From NCBI GenBank assembly GCA_050012735.1, contig JBEKGP010000003.1:13149-77148 (forward strand): a stretch of DNA of 64,000 nucleotides, given 5' to 3'. The notes under the pieces are model-generated. The model was not told the DNA's origin, ran no database searches, and saw only the letters and a list, made by a program, of their open reading frames with translations. Source of the stretch: Candidatus Dormibacteria bacterium (lineage in GTDB: Bacteria > Chloroflexota > Dormibacteria > Aeolococcales > Aeolococcaceae). The position numbers were made by a program, and so were the translations under genes. Position 1 is the stretch's first letter, and every line of letters starts with the position of its first letter. This document shows, piece after piece, positions 8,488-16,634 of the stretch.

Positions 8488-9132
8488 ATGGCACCTCTGC
8501 ACCCGACCGCGCACCGGCTCGCGCCGGTCCTCTCCCTCGCCGTGGGGCTGGTCCTCGGGTCGGGCATCGGCCTCCCGACCGCCCACTGGGTGGCGAGCTT
8601 CATCACCCCCACGCCCACCGCCGCGATGCACCCGAGCTCCGCGGCGCAGCCGTCGCCGACCGCACCCCCCCAACCGTCGAGCGCCCCCTCGCCGGCGCCG
8701 GACACGCCGATCCCCACGGCCACCCTCTCCCCGGTGGCCTGCGCGCCGCTGGCGACTGGCCAGGCGCCCCTGGACCCCCTCCACTCGCCTTCCTCCGGCT
8801 ACACCAAGCTCGCGACCCTCGACTGGCTCGGATGCGGCGGCGAACTCCTCCCCCCGGCCGGCGCTTTCACGGTTGACGTCCCGTGGCTGCTGGCGATCTC
8901 GTACACCTGCCCGACCGGGACTGCGGCCGCGAGCGCCGGGGCGCCCCTGACCATCAGCGAGGCCGGCGCGCAAGTGGGGTCCAGCCCGGAGGTGATCGCC
9001 GAGGGCCGGACCGATAGCGCCGACCTGACCGGCGGCGGGCCGGGCGGGTCCGCGATCAGTCCCGGGAGCTACCGCCTGAGCGTGACGGGGCCCGCAACCT
9101 GCCTCTGGCACCTGGCGGTGTACCGGAGCTGA
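8488..9132 (+). CDS. membrane-anchored/secreted hypothetical protein
   Basis: 214 aa with an N-terminal TM/signal segment (LAPVLSLAVGLVLGSGIGL), a Pro/Ser/Thr/Ala linker and a Cys-containing globular part. It starts 3 nt after the preceding small ORF. Confidence 0.5.
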   Translation: MAPLHPTAHRLAPVLSLAVGLVLGSGIGLPTAHWVASFITPTPTAAMHPSSAAQPSPTAPPQPSSAPSPAPDTPIPTATLSPVACAPLATGQAPLDPLHSPSSGYTKLATLDWLGCGGELLPPAGAFTVDVPWLLAISYTCPTGTAAASAGAPLTISEAGAQVGSSPEVIAEGRTDSADLTGGGPGGSAISPGSYRLSVTGPATCLWHLAVYRS

Positions 9133-9272
9133 CCGATCAGGGGGCCCGGTCCGGAGCGCTGCCCGCCACTCGAACCTCGCGCGTCCGCCACCTCGTTGCT
9201 ATGCTCTGAGGTGAGTTGCGGACTCCGCGCCAGGGGCGCGGATCAAGAGCCCCCGCGGCTTGCAAGAGCCCT

Positions 9273-9584
9273 ATGAGTCCCATCCAGCAGTCCTCACCGG
9301 ACCAAGCCCCCGCCATGCGACGCCAGTGGACGCTGCTGTCGAATCACGGCCACGTCCTGGTCTGCCTCGCTCGCGATCCCCACATGCGGATGCGCGACAT
9401 CGCGCAGAGCGTCGGAATCACCGAGCGCGCCTGCTACCGGATCGTGGGGGACCTCGAGGAGGGGGGATTGGTCCGGCGCAACCGGGTCGGGCGCAACAAC
9501 CACTACGAGATCGATCTGGCGGCGAGCATGCGCCACCCGGCGTGGCGCGGGGTGCGCGCCGTTGACCTTCTGACCAGCGCCTGA
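9273..9584 (+). CDS. winged helix-turn-helix DNA-binding protein (MarR/ArsR-like)
   Basis: The HTH segment is MRDIAQSVGITERACYRIVGDLEEGGLV. The start is uncertain: ATG 9273 or ATG 9315, while the track ORF starts at TTG 9216. Confidence 0.7.
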   Translation: MSPIQQSSPDQAPAMRRQWTLLSNHGHVLVCLARDPHMRMRDIAQSVGITERACYRIVGDLEEGGLVRRNRVGRNNHYEIDLAASMRHPAWRGVRAVDLLTSA

Positions 9585-9603
9585 GCCGGTCGCCGCGGCG
9601 GGA

Positions 9604-10338
9604 TCAGCCAGTCCCGACCCGGTAGAAGCCCTCTGCTGACGTCCCCTCGCCGAGACCGGCACCTTCGGCCGCGGTGTGGAGCCAGCTTCGCACCCGCTCC
9701 TCCAGCGGCTCCCACTCCTGGTACTGGGATCGGTGGCAGCGCAGGGCCTCCAGCTTGCGGTCGGCGGTGGCGGTGACGTCCGTCCACACGTTGACCCGGT
9801 CGGGGCTGCCCATGATCCAGAGCTCTCGCACGGTGTGCGGCTCCAGCCCCTCGTGCTCGAGCAGCTCCATGTGGGCGAAGGGATTGCGGGAATCGGGATA
9901 GACGGCGCAGATGGCCGCCTCGGCCGCGGCCAGGTGGTCGGGGTGCGAGGCGAACAACCGGCTCCAGTTGCGCTCCGGGGACTGAGCCACCACGCGGTCG
10001 GGGCGCTTCTGGCGGATGACCCGGCTGATGTCGCGCCGCAGCTCGTGGGTCACGGTCAGCTCGCCGTCCCGATATCCCAGGAAGGTGAGGTCGGTGACGC
10101 CGACCACCTTGGCCGCCGCCGTCTGCTCGACACGCCGGATCTGGCCCATGCGCTGGCGCCCGATCGAGCGGTCCGAGCCGCCCGCCTGGCCGTCGGTCAC
10201 GATGCAGTAGCTCACCTCGACGCCCGCGTCGGTCCAGCGGGCCGTGGTGGCGGCGCAGCCGAAGTCGCAGTCATCGGGATGGGCCACCACGATCAGGACC
10301 CGCTCGATGCCCTCGGTGTCAGAGAGGTCATCCGGCAT
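9604..10338 (-). CDS. PIG-L/LmbE family deacetylase (MshB/Mca-like)
   Basis: The sequence VLIVVAHPDDCDFGCAATTARW contains the AHPDD zinc-binding motif of the LmbE fold. 244 aa. Confidence 0.85.
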   Translation of the reverse strand: MPDDLSDTEGIERVLIVVAHPDDCDFGCAATTARWTDAGVEVSYCIVTDGQAGGSDRSIGRQRMGQIRRVEQTAAAKVVGVTDLTFLGYRDGELTVTHELRRDISRVIRQKRPDRVVAQSPERNWSRLFASHPDHLAAAEAAICAVYPDSRNPFAHMELLEHEGLEPHTVRELWIMGSPDRVNVWTDVTATADRKLEALRCHRSQYQEWEPLEERVRSWLHTAAEGAGLGEGTSAEGFYRVGTG

Positions 10339-10344
10339 GCTCGG

Positions 10345-10350
10345 ATGGTA
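10345..10350 (-). promoter_or_regulatory. candidate -10 box (TACCAT) for the leaderless PIG-L gene
   Basis: The minus strand reads TACCAT ccgagc ATG, a 6-nt spacing, with no Shine-Dalgarno sequence. Confidence 0.35.
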
Positions 10351-10549
10351 CGTGGAGAGCCGCGGCGGGCGCCCGGGGCGGTCACAGCCCCATCCGGTGG
10401 GGGTGCGGGCCGGGCAGACCGGTCTGACCGGCTGCGACGGCAGGAAACGTCCAGGGAACGGTCCGCTGAATTACCTCAGACGGTGGCTCCCGCCCCGGGG
10501 CTCAGCCTGTAGGGTGTCCGGCGAGCGCAGACAACGCTCCAGACCAGTC

Positions 10550-11203
10550 ATGACCATGCTTGATCTCTCGCAGGTGGCCGGCCTCAGGCTGGCCGATCCC
10601 GGTGGGGCCCACCCCGCCGGACTTCCGCAGGCCACCTCGGCACCGGAGCGGGTGCCCGCACGGGCTCCGTCCGAGCCTCCCGAGAGGGTGGCGCCCGCTC
10701 CGACCTCCGCCCTCGAGGCGGGTGCCCTTCCCGGCGCCGTCGCTCTGCCCGTCCCGTCCGCGCCGCCCGCGCCGGGCCCCATCCCCGCCGCGCCGGTCCA
10801 ACCCGATCCGGCCACCGGTTCCGGGCAGGGGCGGGCGCGGCCCGCACCCACGCTGCTGATCGTGGACGACAACGTCCGGCTGGCCAGCACCGTGGCCGCC
10901 TACATGGAGATGCAGGGTTTCCGGGCCCACCCGGCCCACAGCGCGGAGGAAGCGCTGCTGGCGGCCCAGCAGGTCCACTTCGACCTCGTGCTCCTCGACA
11001 TCAACATGCCGGGCATGGACGGCCTCGAGGTCTGCCGTCGCCTGCTCGCCACCTCCCCGGGGCTCCGGGTGCTGATGGTGACCGGGCGCGACTCCGCGGA
11101 GGATCCCCTTCGCGCCGCCGCCGTGGGCGCGCGCGGGCTGCTCGCCAAGCCGATCTCGCTCGCCACCCTGCGGGGCGAGATCCTCCGCGCCCTGGCCGGC
11201 TGA
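10550..11203 (+). CDS. response regulator receiver protein with a ~100-aa Pro/Ala-rich N-terminal region and no output domain
   Basis: The C-terminal 120 aa is a CheY-like domain (LLIVDDN...DLVLLDINMPGMDGLEV...LAKP). The ATG at 10550 is chosen because the track ORF start at 10244 overlaps the PIG-L gene. Confidence 0.75.
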   Translation: MTMLDLSQVAGLRLADPGGAHPAGLPQATSAPERVPARAPSEPPERVAPAPTSALEAGALPGAVALPVPSAPPAPGPIPAAPVQPDPATGSGQGRARPAPTLLIVDDNVRLASTVAAYMEMQGFRAHPAHSAEEALLAAQQVHFDLVLLDINMPGMDGLEVCRRLLATSPGLRVLMVTGRDSAEDPLRAAAVGARGLLAKPISLATLRGEILRALAG

Positions 11204-11236
11204 GCCGTCCCGCCCACCCCCGATGGGGGCGAGGAC

Positions 11237-11242
11237 TAGAGT
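11237..11242 (+). promoter_or_regulatory. candidate -10 box (TAGAGT) for the leaderless hydrolase gene
   Basis: The sequence reads TAGAGT ccgcgg GTG, a 6-nt spacing. Confidence 0.35.
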
Positions 11243-11248
11243 CCGCGG

Positions 11249-12094
11249 GTGCGCGAGGTCGAGCGCCACTCCCAGGGAAGTGGCGGCACGGGTCTCTTCT
11301 GGCGGCTCTGGTCATCCGATGAAGGGGCGCCGGCGGCCCGGGTCGTGATCTCACATGGCTACGCCGAGCACGGCGGACGGTATCGCCACGTTGCCGAGCG
11401 CCTGACCGGGGCGGGGCTGGCGGTGGTCGTCCCCGACCACCGGGGCCACGGGCGCTCCGAGGGGCGGCCGGTGAGCATCGACCGGTTCGACACCTACGTC
11501 GACGATCTCCACCAGGTCCTCCGGGACGCCACCGCCGAGTTGGGAGACGCTCCCACCATCCTCCTCGGCCACAGCATGGGAGGGCTGATCGCCGCGGTCT
11601 ACGCGCTGCGTCACCCCGAGGAGCTGCGCGGCCTGGTCCTCTCCGCCCCCGCCGTGGTCTCCACGGGGATCTCGGCGCCCGCCATCGCGATCGGCCGGTT
11701 GCTGTCCCGCGCCGTCCCCGGGTTGGGCGTCGTCAAGCTGCCGCTGGAGAGGATCTCGCGGGACCCGGCGGTGGTCGCCGCCTACATGGCCGACCCCCTG
11801 GTCCACCCGCGACGCCTGCGAGCCCGGCTCGGAGCCGAGATGCTGCGCGCGATGGATGAGGTGGCGGCGGGCCTCCCCAGGCTGACCCTGCCGGTGCTGG
11901 TGATGCAGGGGAGCGACGACGCCCTGGTCGACCCCGGCGCCGCCGCCTACGTGCACGGACGGGTGGGGAGCCCGGACCGGACCATCCGCATCTACCCGGG
12001 TCTCTACCACGAGATCTTCAACGAGCCCGAGCGAGACCAGGTGCTCGACGACCTGGTCGAATGGGTGCTGGCGAGAATCGCCACTCCCCGGTGA
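11249..12094 (+). CDS. alpha/beta hydrolase (monoacylglycerol lipase/lysophospholipase-like)
   Basis: The sequence contains HGYAEHGGRY...PDHRGHGRSEG and the nucleophile elbow GHSMGG. 281 aa. Confidence 0.85.
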   Translation: MREVERHSQGSGGTGLFWRLWSSDEGAPAARVVISHGYAEHGGRYRHVAERLTGAGLAVVVPDHRGHGRSEGRPVSIDRFDTYVDDLHQVLRDATAELGDAPTILLGHSMGGLIAAVYALRHPEELRGLVLSAPAVVSTGISAPAIAIGRLLSRAVPGLGVVKLPLERISRDPAVVAAYMADPLVHPRRLRARLGAEMLRAMDEVAAGLPRLTLPVLVMQGSDDALVDPGAAAYVHGRVGSPDRTIRIYPGLYHEIFNEPERDQVLDDLVEWVLARIATPR

Positions 12095-12156
12095 GGAGGT
12101 GGGCGGCGGTCTGGGCCTGCCGCCGCGGGACCACCGCGGCTCGGCCGATGCCGGCT

Positions 12157-12235
12157 TGGCGACCCCGATCGGATTTGAACCGACGATCTCCACCTTGACA
12201 GGGTGGCGTGTTAGGCCAGGCTACACCACGGGGCC
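12157..12235 (-). tRNA. tRNA-Asp (anticodon GTC), with CCA encoded
   Basis: The reverse complement is GGCCCCGTGGTGTAGCCTGGCCTAACACGCCACCCTGTCAAGGTGGAGATCGTCGGTTCAAATCCGATCGGGGTCGCCA. It folds by hand into a cloverleaf: 7-bp acceptor stem with one G-U, D stem GTGT/ACAC, anticodon stem CCACC/GGTGG with loop CTGTCAA, and T loop TTCAAAT. Confidence 0.9.
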
Positions 12236-12251
12236 GCAGAGTACCGGAGTG

Positions 12252-12280
12252 TACCAGCGGGAACGGAGCGAGGCGGCGAG
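12252..12280. repeat. copy 1 of an exact 29-nt direct repeat TACCAGCGGGAACGGAGCGAGGCGGCGAG
   Basis: An identical 29-mer recurs 81 nt downstream. The match continues imperfectly for about 10 more nt (7/10). Confidence 0.9.
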
Positions 12281-12332
12281 TGCCACCGGCTCCCGACCCC
12301 GAGCGTAGGCCCCAGCAGGTGCCGGGAGCGAA

Positions 12333-12361
12333 TACCAGCGGGAACGGAGCGAGGCGGCGAG
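12333..12361. repeat. copy 2 of the exact 29-nt direct repeat
   Basis: Identical to 12252..12280. It lies 43 nt upstream of the candidate mshC -10 box. Confidence 0.9.
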
Positions 12362-12403
12362 ACCGACCGGCCGGGGGCTGACGGGTCGGCGGCGATCGAC
12401 GGC

Positions 12404-12409
12404 TATGCT
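12404..12409 (+). promoter_or_regulatory. candidate -10 box (TATGCT) for a leaderless mshC-like gene
   Basis: The sequence reads TATGCT gcttcc GTG, a 6-nt spacing. Confidence 0.35.
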
Positions 12410-12415
12410 GCTTCC

Positions 12416-13615
12416 GTGATCCGCCTCTTCGACACCGCCACCCGGTCGATCCAGCCACTCGACGCGGACGATCGGGCGGTTCGCCTCTACGTCTGCGGGA
12501 TCACCCCCTATGACGGCGGCCACCTCGGCCACGCCTTCACCTACCACACCTTCGACGTCCTGGCCCGGCGGCTTCGCAGTCTCGGCCACCCGGTGCGCAG
12601 CGTCCGCAACGTCACCGACGTCGACGACGACATCATGCGGGTGTCGGCGGCCCGCGGCATCGGCTGGCAGGAGCTGACCGACCAGGTGGTCCGCGACTTC
12701 GACCGGGACATGGGCGCCATCGACATCCTGGCGGTGGATGCGGCGCCGTATGCCAGCCAGCACGTTCCCGCCATGGTTGACTGGATCTCGCGGATCGCCG
12801 ACGCCGGCATGGCCTACGCGGTGGACGGCTGGGTCTATTTCGAGGTCGCCAAGCTGCCCACGTACGGGCGCCTCTCCTGGCTGAGCGCGGAGGAGATGCT
12901 GCGCCTCTCGCGAGAGCGCGGCGCCGACCCTGACGACCCGCGCAAGCGGGCTCCGCTCGACTTCGTTCTCTGGCAGCCGTCGCGGAGCGGCGAGCCGAGC
13001 TGGGCCTCGCCCTGGGGAGCGGGACGTCCCGGTTGGCACATCGAGTGCTCGGTGCTCTCGACCGCCGAGCTGGGCACGCCCCTCGACGTCCACGGAGGGG
13101 GTGACGACCTCATCTTCCCCCACCACGAATCCGAGATCGCCCAGGCGGTCGGCGTCGGCATCTCCCCCTACGTGCGCCTCTGGGTCCACGTGGCGATGGT
13201 CGGATATCAGGGCGAGAAGATGAGCAAGTCGCTCGGCAACCTCGTCTTTGTGCGCCAGCTGCTGGAGAGGGTCCCGGCGGCGACGGTCCGGCTGCTCCTC
13301 GCCGGCCACCACCATCGAACGGCCTGGGAGTACACCGAGGCGGAGCTGGACGGGGCGGGGGTCCGGCGCCGGCGCTACGCCACCGCCGCTCGCGCGGGTG
13401 CCAACCTGGAGGCCGCGGAGGCCGGCGATTGGCGGGCCCGCTTCCTGGCGCGCATCGACGACGACCTGGATGCCCCGGGGGCGCTGCAGGTTGCCGACGG
13501 GCTGGCCGATCGGCTCCTCGCGGCCGGGACGGCGGGAACCGAGGACGGCGCGGCGCTGCTCGCCCAGCTGCTGGATCTCGTCGGCGCGGCATCGGCGGTC
13601 CAGCCGGCCCCCTGA
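12416..13615 (+). CDS. mshC: cysteine ligase of the MshC type (class I aaRS fold, no anticodon-binding domain)
   Basis: 399 aa. It has VCGITPYDGGHLGH (HIGH-type), GRPGWHIECS, FPHHE and KMSKS. The length and the VCGITPYD signature match MshC rather than the ~460-aa CysRS. Confidence 0.75.
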   Translation: MIRLFDTATRSIQPLDADDRAVRLYVCGITPYDGGHLGHAFTYHTFDVLARRLRSLGHPVRSVRNVTDVDDDIMRVSAARGIGWQELTDQVVRDFDRDMGAIDILAVDAAPYASQHVPAMVDWISRIADAGMAYAVDGWVYFEVAKLPTYGRLSWLSAEEMLRLSRERGADPDDPRKRAPLDFVLWQPSRSGEPSWASPWGAGRPGWHIECSVLSTAELGTPLDVHGGGDDLIFPHHESEIAQAVGVGISPYVRLWVHVAMVGYQGEKMSKSLGNLVFVRQLLERVPAATVRLLLAGHHHRTAWEYTEAELDGAGVRRRRYATAARAGANLEAAEAGDWRARFLARIDDDLDAPGALQVADGLADRLLAAGTAGTEDGAALLAQLLDLVGAASAVQPAP

Positions 13616-13679
13616 CAGTGGCGTTCGGGGCCGGACCCCTTGCCGGGGCGCTCGGCCCGGATTCGCCGCCGCGGTGGCG

Positions 13680-14570
13680 TCAGCGCTGCTGAAGGGTCTG
13701 GTCGACGGCCCGGTTGGCCCTTACGGCGGCCACGATGTGCTTCTGGAGAAAGGCGTAGAAGAGGGCCCGCTGGCTCCGGTCCGTCTCCTCGGTCACCTCG
13801 ATCCCCCGCCGGTGGCGTTCGATCCACGGCGGCACGCCCTCGGCGACCACCCCCGAGCCGACCCGCACCCGGATGGTGGTCTCCTCACCCTCGACAACGA
13901 AGACCGCGACCACGAGGCGCAACCCGGTGTGGTCGACCAGCTTCCAGCCGCGCTCGTAACGCCGGCCTCCGGAGCGGTCCGCGTGGGTGGAGACCACGGG
14001 CTCGCGGACGAAGGTCTCCCCCTGCGTGGCGCTCTGCACCAGCGTCGCGGCCACGAAGGCGTCGAGATCGCGCCCCACCCAGTTGACCAGCGAGGGGGCG
14101 CGGTTGTCGACGTCGGGCATCCCCGCCGGGTGGTCGAAATAGCCGATGGCCGCGATCGTCCCGGCGTGCCGGCGGCAGTAGACGATCCCGCCCACGGTGG
14201 CCCAGTGACTGGGGCACCAGGCGGTCTCGCAGCGCCGGCCCCTCCGGTCCACGTAGTGGCAGAGCACCGCGTTGTGATTGGAGCAGTCCCGTGCGCGGCA
14301 GGCGAAGTCTCCCTCGGTGGCGGGGAAACGGGCGATCGACGGCGAGAGGGATGGCATCACCGGGGGCGCCGCGAAGGGCATCACCGGGGACGGCGCCTTC
14401 CCCGCCGAAACCGGCGGGACAGCCGGCACCTGGCCGGACGGCGGGCCGCTGACCCCCGGGGGCGGGAGAGCGGCACTGGGCACGCTGGACGGCGGGGGCA
14501 GTGGCTCAGGAGAGTCCGTCCGGGCGGGCGCGCCGGTGGCGTTGCCACCACGACGGAACAGCGGCATCAC
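13680..14570 (-). CDS. hypothetical Cys-rich (putative zinc-binding) protein with a Pro-rich N-terminus
   Basis: 296-aa ORF with high third-position GC. It contains the cluster CX4CX7CX9CX4CX12CX2H (CRARDC...CRRH). No family was recognised and the true start is uncertain. Confidence 0.55.
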   Translation of the reverse strand: MMPLFRRGGNATGAPARTDSPEPLPPPSSVPSAALPPPGVSGPPSGQVPAVPPVSAGKAPSPVMPFAAPPVMPSLSPSIARFPATEGDFACRARDCSNHNAVLCHYVDRRGRRCETAWCPSHWATVGGIVYCRRHAGTIAAIGYFDHPAGMPDVDNRAPSLVNWVGRDLDAFVAATLVQSATQGETFVREPVVSTHADRSGGRRYERGWKLVDHTGLRLVVAVFVVEGEETTIRVRVGSGVVAEGVPPWIERHRRGIEVTEETDRSQRALFYAFLQKHIVAAVRANRAVDQTLQQR

Positions 14571-14603
14571 CGCGTTCCGTGCCGCGATCGCATGGTCCCC
14601 ATC

Positions 14604-15629
14604 CTACGCCGGCCCCGCCATCTTGCTGAGGGCGGCGCCGAGGCCGCGTACGTCCTCCATCAGGGCGGAGAACTGGGCGAGCGTCAGGGACTGGGGACCG
14701 TCCGAGAGGGCGTCGTCCGGATGGGGGTGGACCTCCACCAGGAGGCCGTCGGCGCCGGCGGCGAGGGCGGCGAGCGCCATGGGCCGGACCAAATCCCGAT
14801 GCCCGGTGGCGTGGGAGGGGTCGACCACGATGGGGAGGTGGGAGAGCGAGCGGATGAGGGGCACCGCACTCAGGTCGAGGGTGTTCCTCGTCGCCGTCTC
14901 GAAGGTTCGGATGCCACGCTCGCAGAGCACCACGTCCGGGTTGCCATGGCTCACCACGTGTTCGGCGCTGAGCAGCCATTCCTCGATGGTGTTGGAGAGC
15001 CCGCGCTTCAGGAGGATCGGCTTGCCGGCGCTGCCGACCGCCTCCAGAAGGGCGAAGTTCTGGGCGTTGCGCGTGCCCACCTGGAGCATGTCGGCGACCG
15101 CCGACACCCGCTCCACGTCGCCGGGGCTCAGCACCTCGGTCACCACCGGGAGGCCGGTCTCCGCCCGCGCCTCGGCGAGGTACTCCAGCCCCTCCGCCCC
15201 CAGGCCGCTGAAGGAGTACGGCGAGGTGCGCGGCTTGTAGGCGCCGCCTCGGAGCAATGAGGCCCCCGCCTCCTTGACGGCGCGAGCCGTCTCCAGGATC
15301 TGGTCCCGGGACTCCACCGCGCAGGGTCCGGCGGCCACCGCGAACGGCGCGCCCTCCCCGATGCGCACCCCCCCCACGTCCACCACCGTCGGCTCGGGGT
15401 GCCATTCCCGCCCGACCTGCTTGTACGGCTTGCTTACCGGGACGGCAGCCAGGACCCCGGGAAGGGCCACCACCGCGTCCCGGATCTGCCCGGGGTTGCT
15501 CCCCAGGACGCCGATCGCCAGCCGATCGGTGCCGGGCAGCTCGACGGGGCGGTAACCTCGCTCCCGAACGTGGCGGATGACGTTCTCCACCTCGTCGCGG
15601 GTAGCCTGGTGGCTCATCAGGATCAGCAT
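14604..15629 (-). CDS. aroF: 3-deoxy-7-phosphoheptulonate (DAHP) synthase, type I-beta, with an N-terminal ferredoxin-like regulatory domain
   Basis: It is collinear with the Thermotoga-type enzyme as I recall it (MLILMSHQATRDEVENV..., GPCAVES, LRGGAYKPRTSPYSFSGLG, KRG, VDPSHATG). The start was chosen by alignment to that N-terminus; the alternative is ATG 15647. Confidence 0.9.
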   Translation of the reverse strand: MLILMSHQATRDEVENVIRHVRERGYRPVELPGTDRLAIGVLGSNPGQIRDAVVALPGVLAAVPVSKPYKQVGREWHPEPTVVDVGGVRIGEGAPFAVAAGPCAVESRDQILETARAVKEAGASLLRGGAYKPRTSPYSFSGLGAEGLEYLAEARAETGLPVVTEVLSPGDVERVSAVADMLQVGTRNAQNFALLEAVGSAGKPILLKRGLSNTIEEWLLSAEHVVSHGNPDVVLCERGIRTFETATRNTLDLSAVPLIRSLSHLPIVVDPSHATGHRDLVRPMALAALAAGADGLLVEVHPHPDDALSDGPQSLTLAQFSALMEDVRGLGAALSKMAGPA

Positions 15630-15645
15630 TTGGGGATTCTGGCCC

Positions 15646-16491
15646 ATGAGGCTCACATTTCGGGGCAGGAAGCAGAATGCGGCCTCCCCGCAGGCCGACC
15701 CGTACCGGCTGGGGACCCACCTGCGCATCCCGCTCGCGACCCTGCTCGACCAGGACCCGGTGGCGAATGTCTTCCTGAGGAGCGAGCTGAGACTGGGAGC
15801 GTCCCTCGAGGGATGGTGGGGGCTGGGGGAGAGGGGTCAGCTCCGGGCCGTGATGATGACCGGCTCCCTGGTGGTCCCATGGATCCCCGATCCCGCCGAC
15901 ATCCCGGCGTTCGCCGGAGTGCTGCGTCAGCACCCCCCCCGAATCATCATCGGCCCGGCCCCGGCCGTTCGCAGCCTGACCGCGTCGATCGCTCCCCGGC
16001 TGCGCGCGGTTGAGGTCCGGGATCCCCAACCCGTCATGGTCCTCGACGGTTCGATACCGACCCCGAGGGTGCCCATCCGCCGCGGCAGCCGCGACGATCT
16101 CGATCGGCTCACCGTGGCGGCCGCCGCGATGCATCGGGAGGAGATGGGGGTGGACCCGCTGGTGCTCGACCCGGTCGGGTGGCGGCACCGGATGGCGAGC
16201 CTGATCGATCGAGGCTGGTCCTATCTGCTCGTCGAGGGTGGCGAGATCGCCTTCAAGGTCGAGCTCTCCGCCTGGACGCCGGATGTGGTCCAGCTGCAGG
16301 GTGTCTGGACCAGGCCTGAGCTCCGCCACCGGGGGATCGCCACGGCCGCCCTGGCGGCCGTCTGTGCTGAGCTGCTCGCCGAGGTGCCGGTATGCTCGCT
16401 CTACCTGAACGCTTACAACGAGCCGGCCATGAGGCTCTATCGTCGCGTCGGCTTCCGCCAGGTCGGGGAGCTCGCGACCGTCATCTTCTAG
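15646..16491 (+). CDS. GNAT family N-acetyltransferase with an N-terminal DUF4081-like domain
   Basis: The C-terminal core is VWTRPELRHRGIATAALAAV...NEPAMRLYRRVGF, and the N-terminal part contains LLDQDPVANVFLRS. The start is uncertain. Confidence 0.7.
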   Translation: MRLTFRGRKQNAASPQADPYRLGTHLRIPLATLLDQDPVANVFLRSELRLGASLEGWWGLGERGQLRAVMMTGSLVVPWIPDPADIPAFAGVLRQHPPRIIIGPAPAVRSLTASIAPRLRAVEVRDPQPVMVLDGSIPTPRVPIRRGSRDDLDRLTVAAAAMHREEMGVDPLVLDPVGWRHRMASLIDRGWSYLLVEGGEIAFKVELSAWTPDVVQLQGVWTRPELRHRGIATAALAAVCAELLAEVPVCSLYLNAYNEPAMRLYRRVGFRQVGELATVIF

Positions 16492-16634
16492 CCGGTGCTG
16501 ACGAACCCCCGACGTTCCTGAGCCGTCCGCATCTCGTCAACGGCTCTCTGGCACCCCCGGCGTAGGATGGCGTCGCCGCCGGGGCGGGAGGCCCCGAACC
16601 CCGGCCGCGGGGATGATTCCGGATTCAGGACTGG

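Noticed and set aside
12252-12361. A possible mini-CRISPR array formed by the 29-nt repeats.
   Set aside because: There are only two copies, the repeat has no palindromic core, there is no leader and no cas genes in the window, and the partial similarity continues into the would-be spacers.
12157-12361. An integrated element or att site at tRNA-Asp.
   Set aside because: The repeats lie on the 5' side of the tRNA and do not overlap its 3' end. They are only 81 nt apart, and no integrase or foreign-looking genes flank them.
12416-13615. Calling this gene cysS (cysteinyl-tRNA synthetase).
   Set aside because: The protein is about 60 residues too short and lacks the C-terminal anticodon-binding domain. 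It has the VCGITPYD motif characteristic of MshC.
15646-16491. Calling this GNAT protein MshD (mycothiol synthase) because mshC is nearby.
   Set aside because: The N-terminal half looks like a DUF4081-type domain rather than a second GNAT domain. The sequence does not resemble the MshD sequence as I recall it.
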